Positions 47,563 through 56,427 of a stretch of 64,000 nucleotides of DNA are shown in pieces. The position numbers were made by a program, and so were the translations under genes. This stretch comes from Acidobacteriota bacterium (GTDB lineage Bacteria > Acidobacteriota > UBA890 > WLXD01). The stretch is taken from assembly GCA_965205505.1 (NCBI GenBank), contig CBDBHB010000008.1, positions 864,001 through 928,000 on the forward strand, written 5' to 3'. Position 1 is the stretch's first letter. Each line of letters opens with the position of its first letter. The notes beneath the pieces were generated by a model that was given only the letters and a program-made list of their open reading frames with translations, was not told the origin of the DNA and made no database searches.

Positions 47563-48130
47563 TGCTCCTCTCGCACACGCCGTCCGATTAGGCGCCGTGC
47601 TGGCGCCCGCGATCGCGATGCTGTTGCCAGCCTACGTCGCCAGCGCGCAGCTGGTGCGCGAGCGTGCCGAGTCCACCGCCATGGTCGCCACGAGCCCGGT
47701 GGCGCGCGGCGGAACGCTGCGGGCGGCGATGGAGATCCGCGTCGCCGAGGGGTTCCATATCAACGCAAACCCGGCGTCGGAGGACTTCCTGATCGCCACC
47801 GAGGTAAACCTGGCGGCGGCGGACGGATTCGCGATCAGCGAGGTCTTCTATCCACCCGCCCACGAGCTCACGTTCGGCTTCTGGGACGGACCGCTACGAG
47901 TGTGGGAAGGGTCCGTCGTGGCCGGCGTGGTGCTCGAGGTTGCCGATACGGCGGCGCTCGGATTCCGCGACCTGGAGTTCGTTGTCCTGTATCAGGCTTG
48001 CAACGACGCAGCTTGTTTCGCGCCGGCCGAGACTACCTACAAGCTGGCCGTGGATGTCGTTGAACAAGGATCCGCGACGCGCGCGCTGCAATCGCCGTTG
48101 CTGAGTCGAGCTCGGTTCGAGCGGCAGTAA
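47549..48130 (+). CDS. Secreted DsbD N-terminal-like domain protein
   Basis: Signal peptide; GFHINAN, YQACNDAACFAP. Confidence 0.8.
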   Translation: MQRTSAPLAHAVRLGAVLAPAIAMLLPAYVASAQLVRERAESTAMVATSPVARGGTLRAAMEIRVAEGFHINANPASEDFLIATEVNLAAADGFAISEVFYPPAHELTFGFWDGPLRVWEGSVVAGVVLEVADTAALGFRDLEFVVLYQACNDAACFAPAETTYKLAVDVVEQGSATRALQSPLLSRARFERQ

Positions 48131-48132
48131 GG

Positions 48133-48780
48133 CTACGGGCTCTGCGAGGTGGCCTCGAACGGTCGCTGCCCACGTGGCACGTGGGTGCGGAACACGTAAT
48201 CCCACAGCGGCGAGCTCACCCCGTACCAGCGCTCCTCGGCGGAGAAGTGGTGCTGCAGATGGCGTTTGCGTAACCCGACCCCGATGCGGTTCTTCGGTGT
48301 CACGAAATGAGTATAGAAATGGATGTAGTCGTAACAGAGGTAACCAATCGTAAAGCCGCCCCAGAACGGAAACAGCGTCGGAGTACCGAGAATCCAGTAG
48401 CCGACGCTCATCAGAACCAGGTATAGCGGTACTGCCATCATCGGCGGAGCCAATAGCCGATCCCACTCTTGCACGTCGTGGTGCAGCCGGTGCAGTGGGT
48501 AAAGGAACTCTTTGAGCCGCGCGTGCTGTGGCTCCCAGTGGAAGACCCAGCGATGCAGGCAATACTCGGTGAATGTCCACGCGAAGGCACCGAAGATCGA
48601 CAGGGCGATGACGGTTCCGACCGACAGATCGCGCAAATACCCCAGATAAATCAGGGCCAACGCGACCGGCCCCCAAATGGCGATCGGTACCGCCGGGTGG
48701 ACGCGAGTAAGCGACTCGAGGAAGTCGTTCTCGTAGAGCCGTACCTCGCGCTCACGAGTGACCCGTGCTTTCTTCACCAC
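48133..48780 (-). CDS. Fatty acid hydroxylase / sterol desaturase family
   Basis: His boxes HRWVFH, HRLHH, HFYTH, HLQHH; LE.LTR.HP; YGVSSPLWD; start uncertain. Confidence 0.88.
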   Translation of the reverse strand: MVKKARVTREREVRLYENDFLESLTRVHPAVPIAIWGPVALALIYLGYLRDLSVGTVIALSIFGAFAWTFTEYCLHRWVFHWEPQHARLKEFLYPLHRLHHDVQEWDRLLAPPMMAVPLYLVLMSVGYWILGTPTLFPFWGGFTIGYLCYDYIHFYTHFVTPKNRIGVGLRKRHLQHHFSAEERWYGVSSPLWDYVFRTHVPRGQRPFEATSQSP

Positions 48781-48870
48781 AGCTCTTGCCTCACTAGGTC
48801 GCCGCAACCTGGGCGGCAACTCGTCCCGATCTTCCAGTGTAGAACGTAACCCGTGAAAGAGAATAGATCC

Positions 48871-49176
48871 TCAAAGCCTCACCCGCACCGCCGCCCCCTC
48901 GATAACGACCTCGTAGGTTCGCAGCCAATCGCCGGGAGAGTTGAGGCACTCGCCACTGGCCACGTCGAAGCGCCAGCCGTGCCACGGGCAGCTGACGGTA
49001 TGACCGTCGAGATCACCATCACCGACCGGACCGCCGCGATGACAACAGGTGTTCTCAATGGCGTGGAACACTCCGCCAACGTTGAACAACGCGATCTCTT
49101 TTTCGCCGATCTCGATCGTTTTCCCGGTACCTTCCACGAGGTCAGTAACGCCTGCGACCGTCTTCAGCTCACTCAA
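48871..49176 (-). CDS. Rieske [2Fe-2S] ferredoxin
   Basis: C.H...CPWHGWRFDV. Confidence 0.9.
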   Translation of the reverse strand: MSELKTVAGVTDLVEGTGKTIEIGEKEIALFNVGGVFHAIENTCCHRGGPVGDGDLDGHTVSCPWHGWRFDVASGECLNSPGDWLRTYEVVIEGAAVRVRL

Positions 49177-49271
49177 CTTTGGGCCTCCGAAGCCCGCCCG
49201 ATGACGGGAACCGCGCCCTTGTCGACACCTCATGCGACGCGAGGAGGCTTATTCTGGCACGCTCTCTAATC

Positions 49272-50024
49272 GTGGGCAAAGAACTCGATCGTGACAGCCT
49301 CGCTCCCGACCGCGTCGAGGCTGCCGGCGGATCGTTTACCAACGCCGTGCAGCGGATGTTCGATGGCCTCGCGCCGCGCTACGACACGTTCAACCGCTGG
49401 GCCAGCCTCGGACTGGACACCGCGTGGCGGCGCGCTGCGATCCGCCAACTCGGGGTGCCGGCCGGCGGTTCTGTGCTCGACATCGCCACCGGAACCGGCG
49501 ACCTTGCACTCGCCTCGGCCATCGCCGGCCATCGCGCGGTGGGCGTCGACTTCGCCCGCGAGATGATCAACGCCGCCCGCGCCAAGCGATCGCGAGCCGA
49601 CCTCCCGGTGCCGTTCCACGTCGCCAGTGCCGAAGCCCTTCCCTACGATGAAGCCAGTTTCGACGGAGCCCTTTCCGGTTTCGCGATGCGCAACGTCCGC
49701 CCCATCCTGTATTCCGTGCTCGCCGAGGCACACCGTGTGCTCAAACCCGGCGGGCGCTTCGTGATCCTCGAGTTTTGCGACCCTCCATTTGCTCATGTCC
49801 GCTGGGGGCACCGCCTCTACACGCGAGCCGTCGTCCCCAACATCGGTCGCTGGCTAACTGGCACCTCCGTCCCGTTCGACTACCTCAACCGCAGCATCGA
49901 TGCCTGGGAGAGCCCGGAGTCATTCGCCGCTATCCTCACCCGCGCCGGCTTCATCGAGGTCGCGTATCGCCGCCTCACCCTGGGTACGGTCGCCCTCCAC
50001 TGGGGCGCCAAGCCACGCAGTTAG
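49272..50024 (+). CDS. ubiE: UbiE/MenG demethylmenaquinone methyltransferase
   Basis: MFD.LAPRYD..N, LDIATGTGDL, F.MRNV, RVLKPGGR..ILEF, YL..SI. Confidence 0.9.
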   Translation: MGKELDRDSLAPDRVEAAGGSFTNAVQRMFDGLAPRYDTFNRWASLGLDTAWRRAAIRQLGVPAGGSVLDIATGTGDLALASAIAGHRAVGVDFAREMINAARAKRSRADLPVPFHVASAEALPYDEASFDGALSGFAMRNVRPILYSVLAEAHRVLKPGGRFVILEFCDPPFAHVRWGHRLYTRAVVPNIGRWLTGTSVPFDYLNRSIDAWESPESFAAILTRAGFIEVAYRRLTLGTVALHWGAKPRS

Positions 50025-50121
50025 ATGAGATGAGAAGGCCAACCTCCTGAACGCAGTAGCCTGACGGCTCTGCAAACGTTTCTTCAAACGTAACGGGCTC
50101 GAAGCCCAAGGAGGTTGGCCG

Positions 50122-51166
50122 ATGATAAGTGTAACGATTGGACTGGACGTAAGCGACCGGTACAGCCGTATGTGCGTGCTCGACAGTAAGGGCAGGGTGA
50201 TGGAGGAAGGGCGGGTGAGGACGAGCCCGGAGGGGCTGGCGAGGCGGTTCGGGTGCGAGGAGCCCGCTCGAGTTAGTGCTGGAGGTTGGAACGCACTCGC
50301 CGTGGATGAGTGAGCAGTTGAAGCAACTGGGTCATGAGGTGCTGGTGGCTAACCCGAGGCGGCTGAAGCTGATCTATGGCGAGCACGGACCGACCGGTTG
50401 GATGCCGAGCACCTGGCACGAGTGGGCAGAATGGACCCAAAGCTGCTTAAGACGGTGCAGCATCGAGGCAGACAAGCGCGAGCGGATCTAGCCGTGATTC
50501 GGAGCCGAGATGCTCTGGTAAAGAGCCGCACGCAGTTGGTGAGCCATGTGCGTGGTGCGGTCAAGTCGGCCGGTTGTCGTATTCCCAGGTGCTCGACGCC
50601 GGCGTTCGCGCGCACCGCGCCAGAGCACATACCGGAGCGGCTCAAGGGAGCGCTCGAGCCGGTGCTTGAAACGATCGCCATGCTGACGGGCAACATCCAG
50701 CAATACGAGCGTCAGATCGTGCAGCTGTGCCAGGGGCGATACCCGGAGACACAGCAGCTCCAGCAAGTGGCCGGGGTCGGAGCTCTGACCGCACTGGCGT
50801 ATGTGCTGACGCTCGAGGAGCCGGAACGGTTCAATACCTCCAGAGCCGTGGGCCCGTACCTGGGACTGAGACCGAAGAAACGGCAGTCGGGGGACAAGGA
50901 CCCTGCGCTACGAATAACCAAGGCGGGCGACAAAATGCTCCGACGCCTGTTGGTGGGGCTCGGCGCATTACATCCTGGGCCCCTTCGGGCCCAATACTGA
51001 GCTCAGACGCTGGGGGCTCAAGCTGGCCGGACGCGGTGGTCCTCATGGCAACAAAAAGGCAGCAGTTGCTGTCGCCCGTAAGCTCGCCGTTGTGCTGCAC
51101 CGACTGTGGCTGAGTGGAGACGAGTACGAACCGTTGCGCGCACCTGTAGAGGTTTCAGCAGCATGA
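50122..51166 (+). pseudogene. IS110 transposase/recombinase with three apparent frameshifts (~50273, ~50387, ~50956)
   Basis: GGAGG RBS; GLDVSD, LEVG, D..DA; GVG, YLGL.P...QSG, ITKAG; frameshifts may be sequencing errors. Confidence 0.85.
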
Positions 51167-51412
51167 ACTAACCCGCAACCAGGAGGTCGGTAGGGCGACG
51201 CGACCCAACGGTTATCGATCTGACCGCCCGGTCCGGGCGACTGCGAAGGTCACTACGAGCTTCGAGCTCGGCAGCTAGATTGCAGCGCCTCGAATCGGGA
51301 CGGACCCCAGAATGCACCGGACGACCTGAATCCTCGTCCACCAGAGTGCGAATAGGAGCATGGCGTGCAGATCGATTCTTCGCTGGGCACCACATTGCCC
51401 TTGACCGAACTA
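51167..51412 (+). ncRNA. Candidate bridge/seek RNA region of IS copy 2
   Basis: Target-matching segments 51247-51255 and 51271-51278 flank the hairpin cgagct-tcg-agctcg; donor-like segments 51333-51338 and 51352-51358. Confidence 0.7.
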
Positions 51413-51426
51413 GGCCTTCTCATAGA

Positions 51427-51512
51427 AGTGGCCTGAGTCAGGACACCTGGCGGAGCGGTGAGACAGCCGGTTTCCGTAGCCGGACCCACCAGAGTTCTTC
51501 AGCATCCTGCTA
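51427..51512. repeat. Short TA-flanked element with hybrid ends (C-like left, type E right)
   Basis: agtggcctgagtcag ... gacccaccagagttcttcagcatcctgcta; type E end also at 35320-35342 and inverted at 52063-52094. Confidence 0.75.
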
Positions 51513-51893
51513 CGCTGAGAACGAATGCCCGCAGCCACACGTCCCGGTGGCGTTCGGGTTCTTCACCGAGAACCCGCTGCCCATCAGAGACTCGGTGTGA
51601 TCGACGTGACACCCCTCCAGGTAAGGAAGACTGAAGGAGTCGAGAAGCACCTCGATGTCGCCCTGCGGGATCACCAGATCGCCTTCCTTGTGCTCGTCGA
51701 ATGAGAACCCGTACTCGAAGCCTGAACAGCCGCCTCCTTGAACGAAGATGCGCAGCATCTTGCCTTGGGCGTCCGGCTTGGTGTCCAGGAACTCGCGTAC
51801 CTTGGCGATGGCGGCCTCGGTGAACACGAGCGGTGCTTTCGAGGTCGGCGGCGAGGCCGGGCTTTCGGGCTGCTCGCTAGCTGTGGCTTCCAT
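51510..51893 (-). CDS. erpA: A-type Fe-S carrier protein (HesB/IscA/ErpA family)
   Basis: GGGCSGFEY, NPNATGTCGCGHSF. Confidence 0.93.
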   Translation of the reverse strand: MEATASEQPESPASPPTSKAPLVFTEAAIAKVREFLDTKPDAQGKMLRIFVQGGGCSGFEYGFSFDEHKEGDLVIPQGDIEVLLDSFSLPYLEGCHVDHTESLMGSGFSVKNPNATGTCGCGHSFSA

Positions 51894-52062
51894 GAAGGCT
51901 CCGTGACGTCGTAGCGGATGACACGTACTTCTATCAGGATAAACGTTGTCCCGGTGTGGTCACAAGACTCGTTCGCGCCACTCAATCGAGCCGCATGCCG
52001 ATATCGTGATCCGAAGCCATCTGGTTCTCGGCCCAAAGCGCCCCCAAGTCAGCAAGGGCCGT

Positions 52063-52094
52063 GCAGGTTGCTGAAAAACTCTGGCGGGTCTGGC
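52063..52094. repeat. Solo type E element end
   Basis: gcaggttgctgaaaaactctggcgggtctggc matches the reverse complement of 51479-51510 at 28/32. Confidence 0.75.
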
Positions 52095-52097
52095 GCT

Positions 52098-54224
52098 TCA
52101 GTCCTGCGTTCCGAGCTCCGCCAACCGCACCCGCGCTCGGGGTGCGAGCCGAGGCCCGTCATTATGAAAGAGTCTCGCCTCGGAGTCGGCCGCCGCCCGG
52201 GTCAGAGCTTGGCGAGCCGGCTGCGCGCCGTCGGCCGAGCTCGCTAGTAAGGCCACCCCTAGCCAATAATCCACCGCGCCGGCACCGAAGGGGGCGCCGG
52301 CGGGCGCACGCACGCGACGTAGCACGTCCACTGCGGCCCCAAAGCGCCCTTGCTCCAGCAGCAAGTGGGCCATCTGTAGCTGCAGCACCCAGCGCGGCGT
52401 TACGGAGTCGCCAGCTCCCAGAGCCACTGTGGCCGCCGCCCACAGCGCCACTGCCCGCGCCGGATCTACGCCCGTCAGGAGCGTTGGGCTAGAGCCCAGC
52501 GTGACGCTCGCTACGCCAGGCGAATTGCCACGCTCGTAGCCGATAGCGAGCCTGTTGAACGGCGGCGAACCCATCAACACCTCTTCCACTTCGGCGGCGC
52601 CGGCTATCGGGCGACCATCGATGGTCAGGATGTGATCGCCGACGCTCAGGCCAGCGCTGGCGGCAGGCCCACCAGGCGTCAGCGATGCAACGATCCCATT
52701 GCCCTCGGGCCCGCCGTCGACTATCAATGCTCCCAGCCAGGCACGGTCGCCCGCCAGCGGCGCGTTGAGCTCGTCGACCCATGCCGTGAGCGCGTCGCGA
52801 TCCCCGCGAGGCAACCGGACCACGCCATGCGACAGGCCCGATCCGGCGGCCCACAGGCGCAGCACCACCTCCGTGGCCGGCGTCGACTCCAGTTCGACGG
52901 TGATGAACACGCTGGCCGGGATCTCTTCTTCCAGCCGATGCTGAGCAGCAGCGTCCAGGGTGCCGTCGTTCTGGAACTCCAGATCGGCGATGCGGTGGCG
53001 GCGATCCATCTGGAACCAGCCGCTGGCGCTGCCGAGCTCGCCGACGAGGTCGCCCAGTACCTCGTCGCGATCTAGCTCGTCACCACCTCGGGCACCGAGC
53101 ACGGCGATCCCGGGCAACAAGCGCACCTCCAGGCTGCGCGTAGTGCCGTCCTCGAGCCGGAACGGCATTTCGAACACGCCCGCACCCGGCATCGACACCA
53201 TCACGCGGTGGTCTCCGACCGGCAGCTCCAGGCGCGCCTGATCGCTAACGCCATCCTGCCGCATCGGTTCGGTGAGCTCGCCGTCGACGTACAAGTTGGC
53301 CGCGGGAGGCAAGCTGCGCAGCAGCAGCATTCCCAAGGCCGCGTCGAGATGCAGAACGCCAAGGTCGTAGTCGCTCAGGTCCGGCACCTCCAGCCGCTGC
53401 CGGAAGGTCCGGTGCTCGGCCAACGTGACTTCGATCTCGTACCACCCCGGGAGCAACGCGTCGACAATCAACGGCAACGACACGGTTGCCGCCGGGTTGA
53501 TTGTCGAGGCCAACGTCGTGCCCATTACTTCACCATTGAGGGTCAAGACTGCGCCTGGCGGATCGGTCGCCAAGCGCAGCGTGGCACTCGATCGCTCCAG
53601 CGATAACCCGACGCCCTCCGTACGGTTGTTTCGCACGCTGACCTCTTCGCGCTGACTGGCGTATCCGGCACGTCGGCCCACGACGACATGATCGCCGGCA
53701 AGTACCGGCAAGATGTCGGGAATGTCACCCAGCTCGCGACCATCGAGAAAGACTCGCAAATCGGCCGGGAAGCGCCCGATGCGCAGGAACCCGACCCTAC
53801 GCTCGCGACGTCGGCGAAAACGAGACGCGAACTCCGCCGACACCGACTCGGCGTTTATCTCGTAGGAGGGCGCCAGCTCGATCACTTGGTCGAGATCATC
53901 ATCGACCTCACCCCTACGACCGACCTCCCAGAGCGCTCGTGCTCTTGACATCAGAGCGCGTCGCAGCAGCAGCCGCAGCACCTCCGAAGGCGCCGCGCCA
54001 GAGGTGTCGAATCGCCCGATCATCCGATCCAGGAGAACAATCGCACCTTCGTGATCACCGGCCCGGATTATTGTCTCGGCACGAGCGTAGAGAATTCCCA
54101 GCTCCTCGACCGGGCCCTGTACCTCCACCAACGGTTGATCAATGGCGACCATCGCCAACGACGCGACGACCGCGAGAAGTAGCCCACGCCGGGCGTTGCC
54201 GGTCCGCGCCTCGAGGCTCCTCAC
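52098..54224 (-). CDS. Secreted TPR-like/PEGA-repeat/PDZ domain protein
   Basis: PEGA-like TDPPGAVLTLNG; PDZ-like WLGA...PGGPAASAGLSVGDHILTIDG. Confidence 0.75.
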   Translation of the reverse strand: MRSLEARTGNARRGLLLAVVASLAMVAIDQPLVEVQGPVEELGILYARAETIIRAGDHEGAIVLLDRMIGRFDTSGAAPSEVLRLLLRRALMSRARALWEVGRRGEVDDDLDQVIELAPSYEINAESVSAEFASRFRRRRERRVGFLRIGRFPADLRVFLDGRELGDIPDILPVLAGDHVVVGRRAGYASQREEVSVRNNRTEGVGLSLERSSATLRLATDPPGAVLTLNGEVMGTTLASTINPAATVSLPLIVDALLPGWYEIEVTLAEHRTFRQRLEVPDLSDYDLGVLHLDAALGMLLLRSLPPAANLYVDGELTEPMRQDGVSDQARLELPVGDHRVMVSMPGAGVFEMPFRLEDGTTRSLEVRLLPGIAVLGARGGDELDRDEVLGDLVGELGSASGWFQMDRRHRIADLEFQNDGTLDAAAQHRLEEEIPASVFITVELESTPATEVVLRLWAAGSGLSHGVVRLPRGDRDALTAWVDELNAPLAGDRAWLGALIVDGGPEGNGIVASLTPGGPAASAGLSVGDHILTIDGRPIAGAAEVEEVLMGSPPFNRLAIGYERGNSPGVASVTLGSSPTLLTGVDPARAVALWAAATVALGAGDSVTPRWVLQLQMAHLLLEQGRFGAAVDVLRRVRAPAGAPFGAGAVDYWLGVALLASSADGAQPARQALTRAAADSEARLFHNDGPRLAPRARVRLAELGTQD

Positions 54225-55528
54225 CGGATCACGTAAACGATGGAGGCACCGCGATCGGCGACGTATACACGCCCGGTGCCGTCGACGGCGAGATCCCGGG
54301 GGCTGCGCATCTGCACGGCACTAGGGAAGTCAGGGCCGAGGCGGCTGAACGGATTGCCGTCAGCGTCGAACACGTCGATCAGCTTCGCGTCCCGGTCAAG
54401 CACGTAGATATTGTCCAGGCCATCGATCTCGATCGCCTCTGGACGTCGCCAGTTCCCCTGAACGACAACTACGTCTCGGCGGCCGGCGGCGTCGAAACGA
54501 ATCACTTGATCCGAGCGGCGTTCGAGCACCAACAACCGGCCACGCCCGTCAACAGCGAGGTCAACAGGCTCTTCGTCGCGGCCCGTGATCTGTCGTTCGA
54601 ACCCCCCTTCTGGGGTAAATCGGAGCACGCGCCGCGGGTCCGAGTCCAACAGGTACCAGTACCCCTCGGGTGTCCGTGTCCCACCCTGCAAATCCTCCAA
54701 CGGCACCGGTCGGCCAGCCTCGCTGGCCACGAATCGGAGCTGGGATCCACCGAGCGCGATGACACCCGCCTTGCGCGTTGGCAAGTATGGCAGCCCATCG
54801 ATTCCCCACCATGGTCGGCGATGGTCGTCATGCGGAAGTCGGCTGACCCTCGACGCGTCGGCCCAGATCAACAGCACGGCCGCTATGCCCTCGTCGACGA
54901 CCAGTAGCTGACCGTCGCGGCTGGCTGCTAGCGCGATGGGGCGCCGAAGCTCGTGACCAGGCGTAGATAGCACGCCGGCCGCGGTCCAGTACGGCGTACC
55001 ACTACGGGGTCGTATCCGGAACCGTTGGATCAAGCCCAGGCGCTGCCGCGCTTCGGTTGCGGCTCCAGCATCGCCCTCCAGCGACCCGGCGTCGGTAGCG
55101 GTGATTACCCGCTGCAACATATCAGCGGCCGAAACCCAATCACGGTCGAGGAGGGCAACACTGGCCAATCCGAGGCGAGCCCGTGACGTCCAGGCCGACG
55201 GCGGCTCTTGCTCGAGCACCCGGACATACTCGCCGCCAGCCAACGCGAATGCACCCGAACGCCAGCGTAGGTCGCCGAGACGAACCCGGGCAGCCGCGCG
55301 CCATGACACGGCCGGCGCGACCGCAGCACCGAACTCGGCGACGATGCGCTCGTAGCCCATACGCGCCTCACGCAACCGTCCCAGCCGCAAGAGGCCCTCG
55401 GCCTCGGCAAAGAGGGCCCCGGCAGCCTCGGCGGTCTCCGTCTGTTGCGCCGAGGCATCGGCGATCTGCCCGACGGTGCCGCAGAGAGCCAACGCTAGCG
55501 CAGCGCTGCGGGTCAGTTGTCCGCGCAT
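54221..55528 (-). CDS. Secreted TPR plus NHL-repeat beta-propeller protein
   Basis: P.DLAVDG.GR.YV.D repeats; N-terminal TPR-like helices. Confidence 0.8.
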   Translation of the reverse strand: MRGQLTRSAALALALCGTVGQIADASAQQTETAEAAGALFAEAEGLLRLGRLREARMGYERIVAEFGAAVAPAVSWRAAARVRLGDLRWRSGAFALAGGEYVRVLEQEPPSAWTSRARLGLASVALLDRDWVSAADMLQRVITATDAGSLEGDAGAATEARQRLGLIQRFRIRPRSGTPYWTAAGVLSTPGHELRRPIALAASRDGQLLVVDEGIAAVLLIWADASRVSRLPHDDHRRPWWGIDGLPYLPTRKAGVIALGGSQLRFVASEAGRPVPLEDLQGGTRTPEGYWYLLDSDPRRVLRFTPEGGFERQITGRDEEPVDLAVDGRGRLLVLERRSDQVIRFDAAGRRDVVVVQGNWRRPEAIEIDGLDNIYVLDRDAKLIDVFDADGNPFSRLGPDFPSAVQMRSPRDLAVDGTGRVYVADRGASIVYVIR

Positions 55529-56246
55529 ACCACCACGACGACGGTGATGTTGTCTCGACCGTCGCGCTCGCAGGCGCGGTTCGCCATCACCTCCGCCGCG
55601 ACCTTCGCTTCGCTATTCTCCTTCACGATGCGTGCGATCTCGTCGGGAGGCGTCGAGGGGATGAGGCCGTCCGAAGCAAGCACGTAGATATCGGCGTGAC
55701 AGCGCCCTCCGCGAGATCGACTTCGATTTCTTCCTGAATCCCCAGGCACCGGCTGAGCACGTGGCGCATCGGGTGGGTCTCGGCATCCGCTTCGGTGAGC
55801 ACACCGTCGCGCACCTGCTGACCCACGACAGTGTGATCCTGGGTGAGCTGTTCGATCACCCCGCCGCGAATACGCCAAGCACGACTATCACCTACGTGAC
55901 CAAGCAGCAGCTGGTCGCCGTCAACCACGATCGCCGTAACGGTGGTCCCCATCCCCTCGCGCTCAGGCGAGTTGCGAGCCTCGGTCAGGATGCCGTGGTT
56001 GGCTCTGTCGAAGGCGTCGAGAACCAGATCGAGGTCGGGTGAGTCACCGTTGTCGCGAGCCGTCTGCAGCGTGCGCGTGAGCACCTCCACCGCCATGTTG
56101 CTGGCGTGCTCGCCAGCCCGGTGGCCACCGAGACCATCCGCAACCACGAAGAGGCCGAGATCCTCTTCGGCTCGACAGGCGTCCTCGTTGTGGCGCCGGA
56201 CGGTACCTACTAGCGACGTTGCTCCCGCGTGGATTCTCAGCGACAT
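55513..56246 (-). CDS. PP2C-family Ser/Thr phosphatase (Stp1-like), frameshifted near 55692
   Basis: [25 protein letters not shown] in one frame; LASDGL and DNITVVVV in another. Confidence 0.85.
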
Positions 56247-56427
56247 TCTCCATTGATTCCGGGCGGTTCAGATCAGCGCGCACCGGCGAGGGAATTTTCT
56301 TTCGGCGCTATCAACCTGTCAATAACCGACCGGCACCGGTGCGAGGGCATTTGGCGTTTCGACCGTCAACTACCGTACCTGATATCCTAGCCCGCGCTCC
56401 ATGAAGCCGGACTGACAGGAGGTCATC

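Larger units (their letters stand above)
50023..51426 (+). mobile_element. IS110-family (IS1111-type) element, copy 2, full length (1404 bp)
   Basis: Sub-terminal IRs atgagaaggcc (50030-50040, 7 nt in) and ggccttctcat (51413-51423, 3 nt in); long right non-coding end; no target duplication. Confidence 0.92.

Noticed and set aside
51915-51945. Rrf2/IscR site upstream of erpA
   Set aside because: Only weak similarity and poor dyad symmetry
51479-52094. Composite transposon carrying erpA between type E ends
   Set aside because: The ends face the wrong way; erpA lies outside both elements
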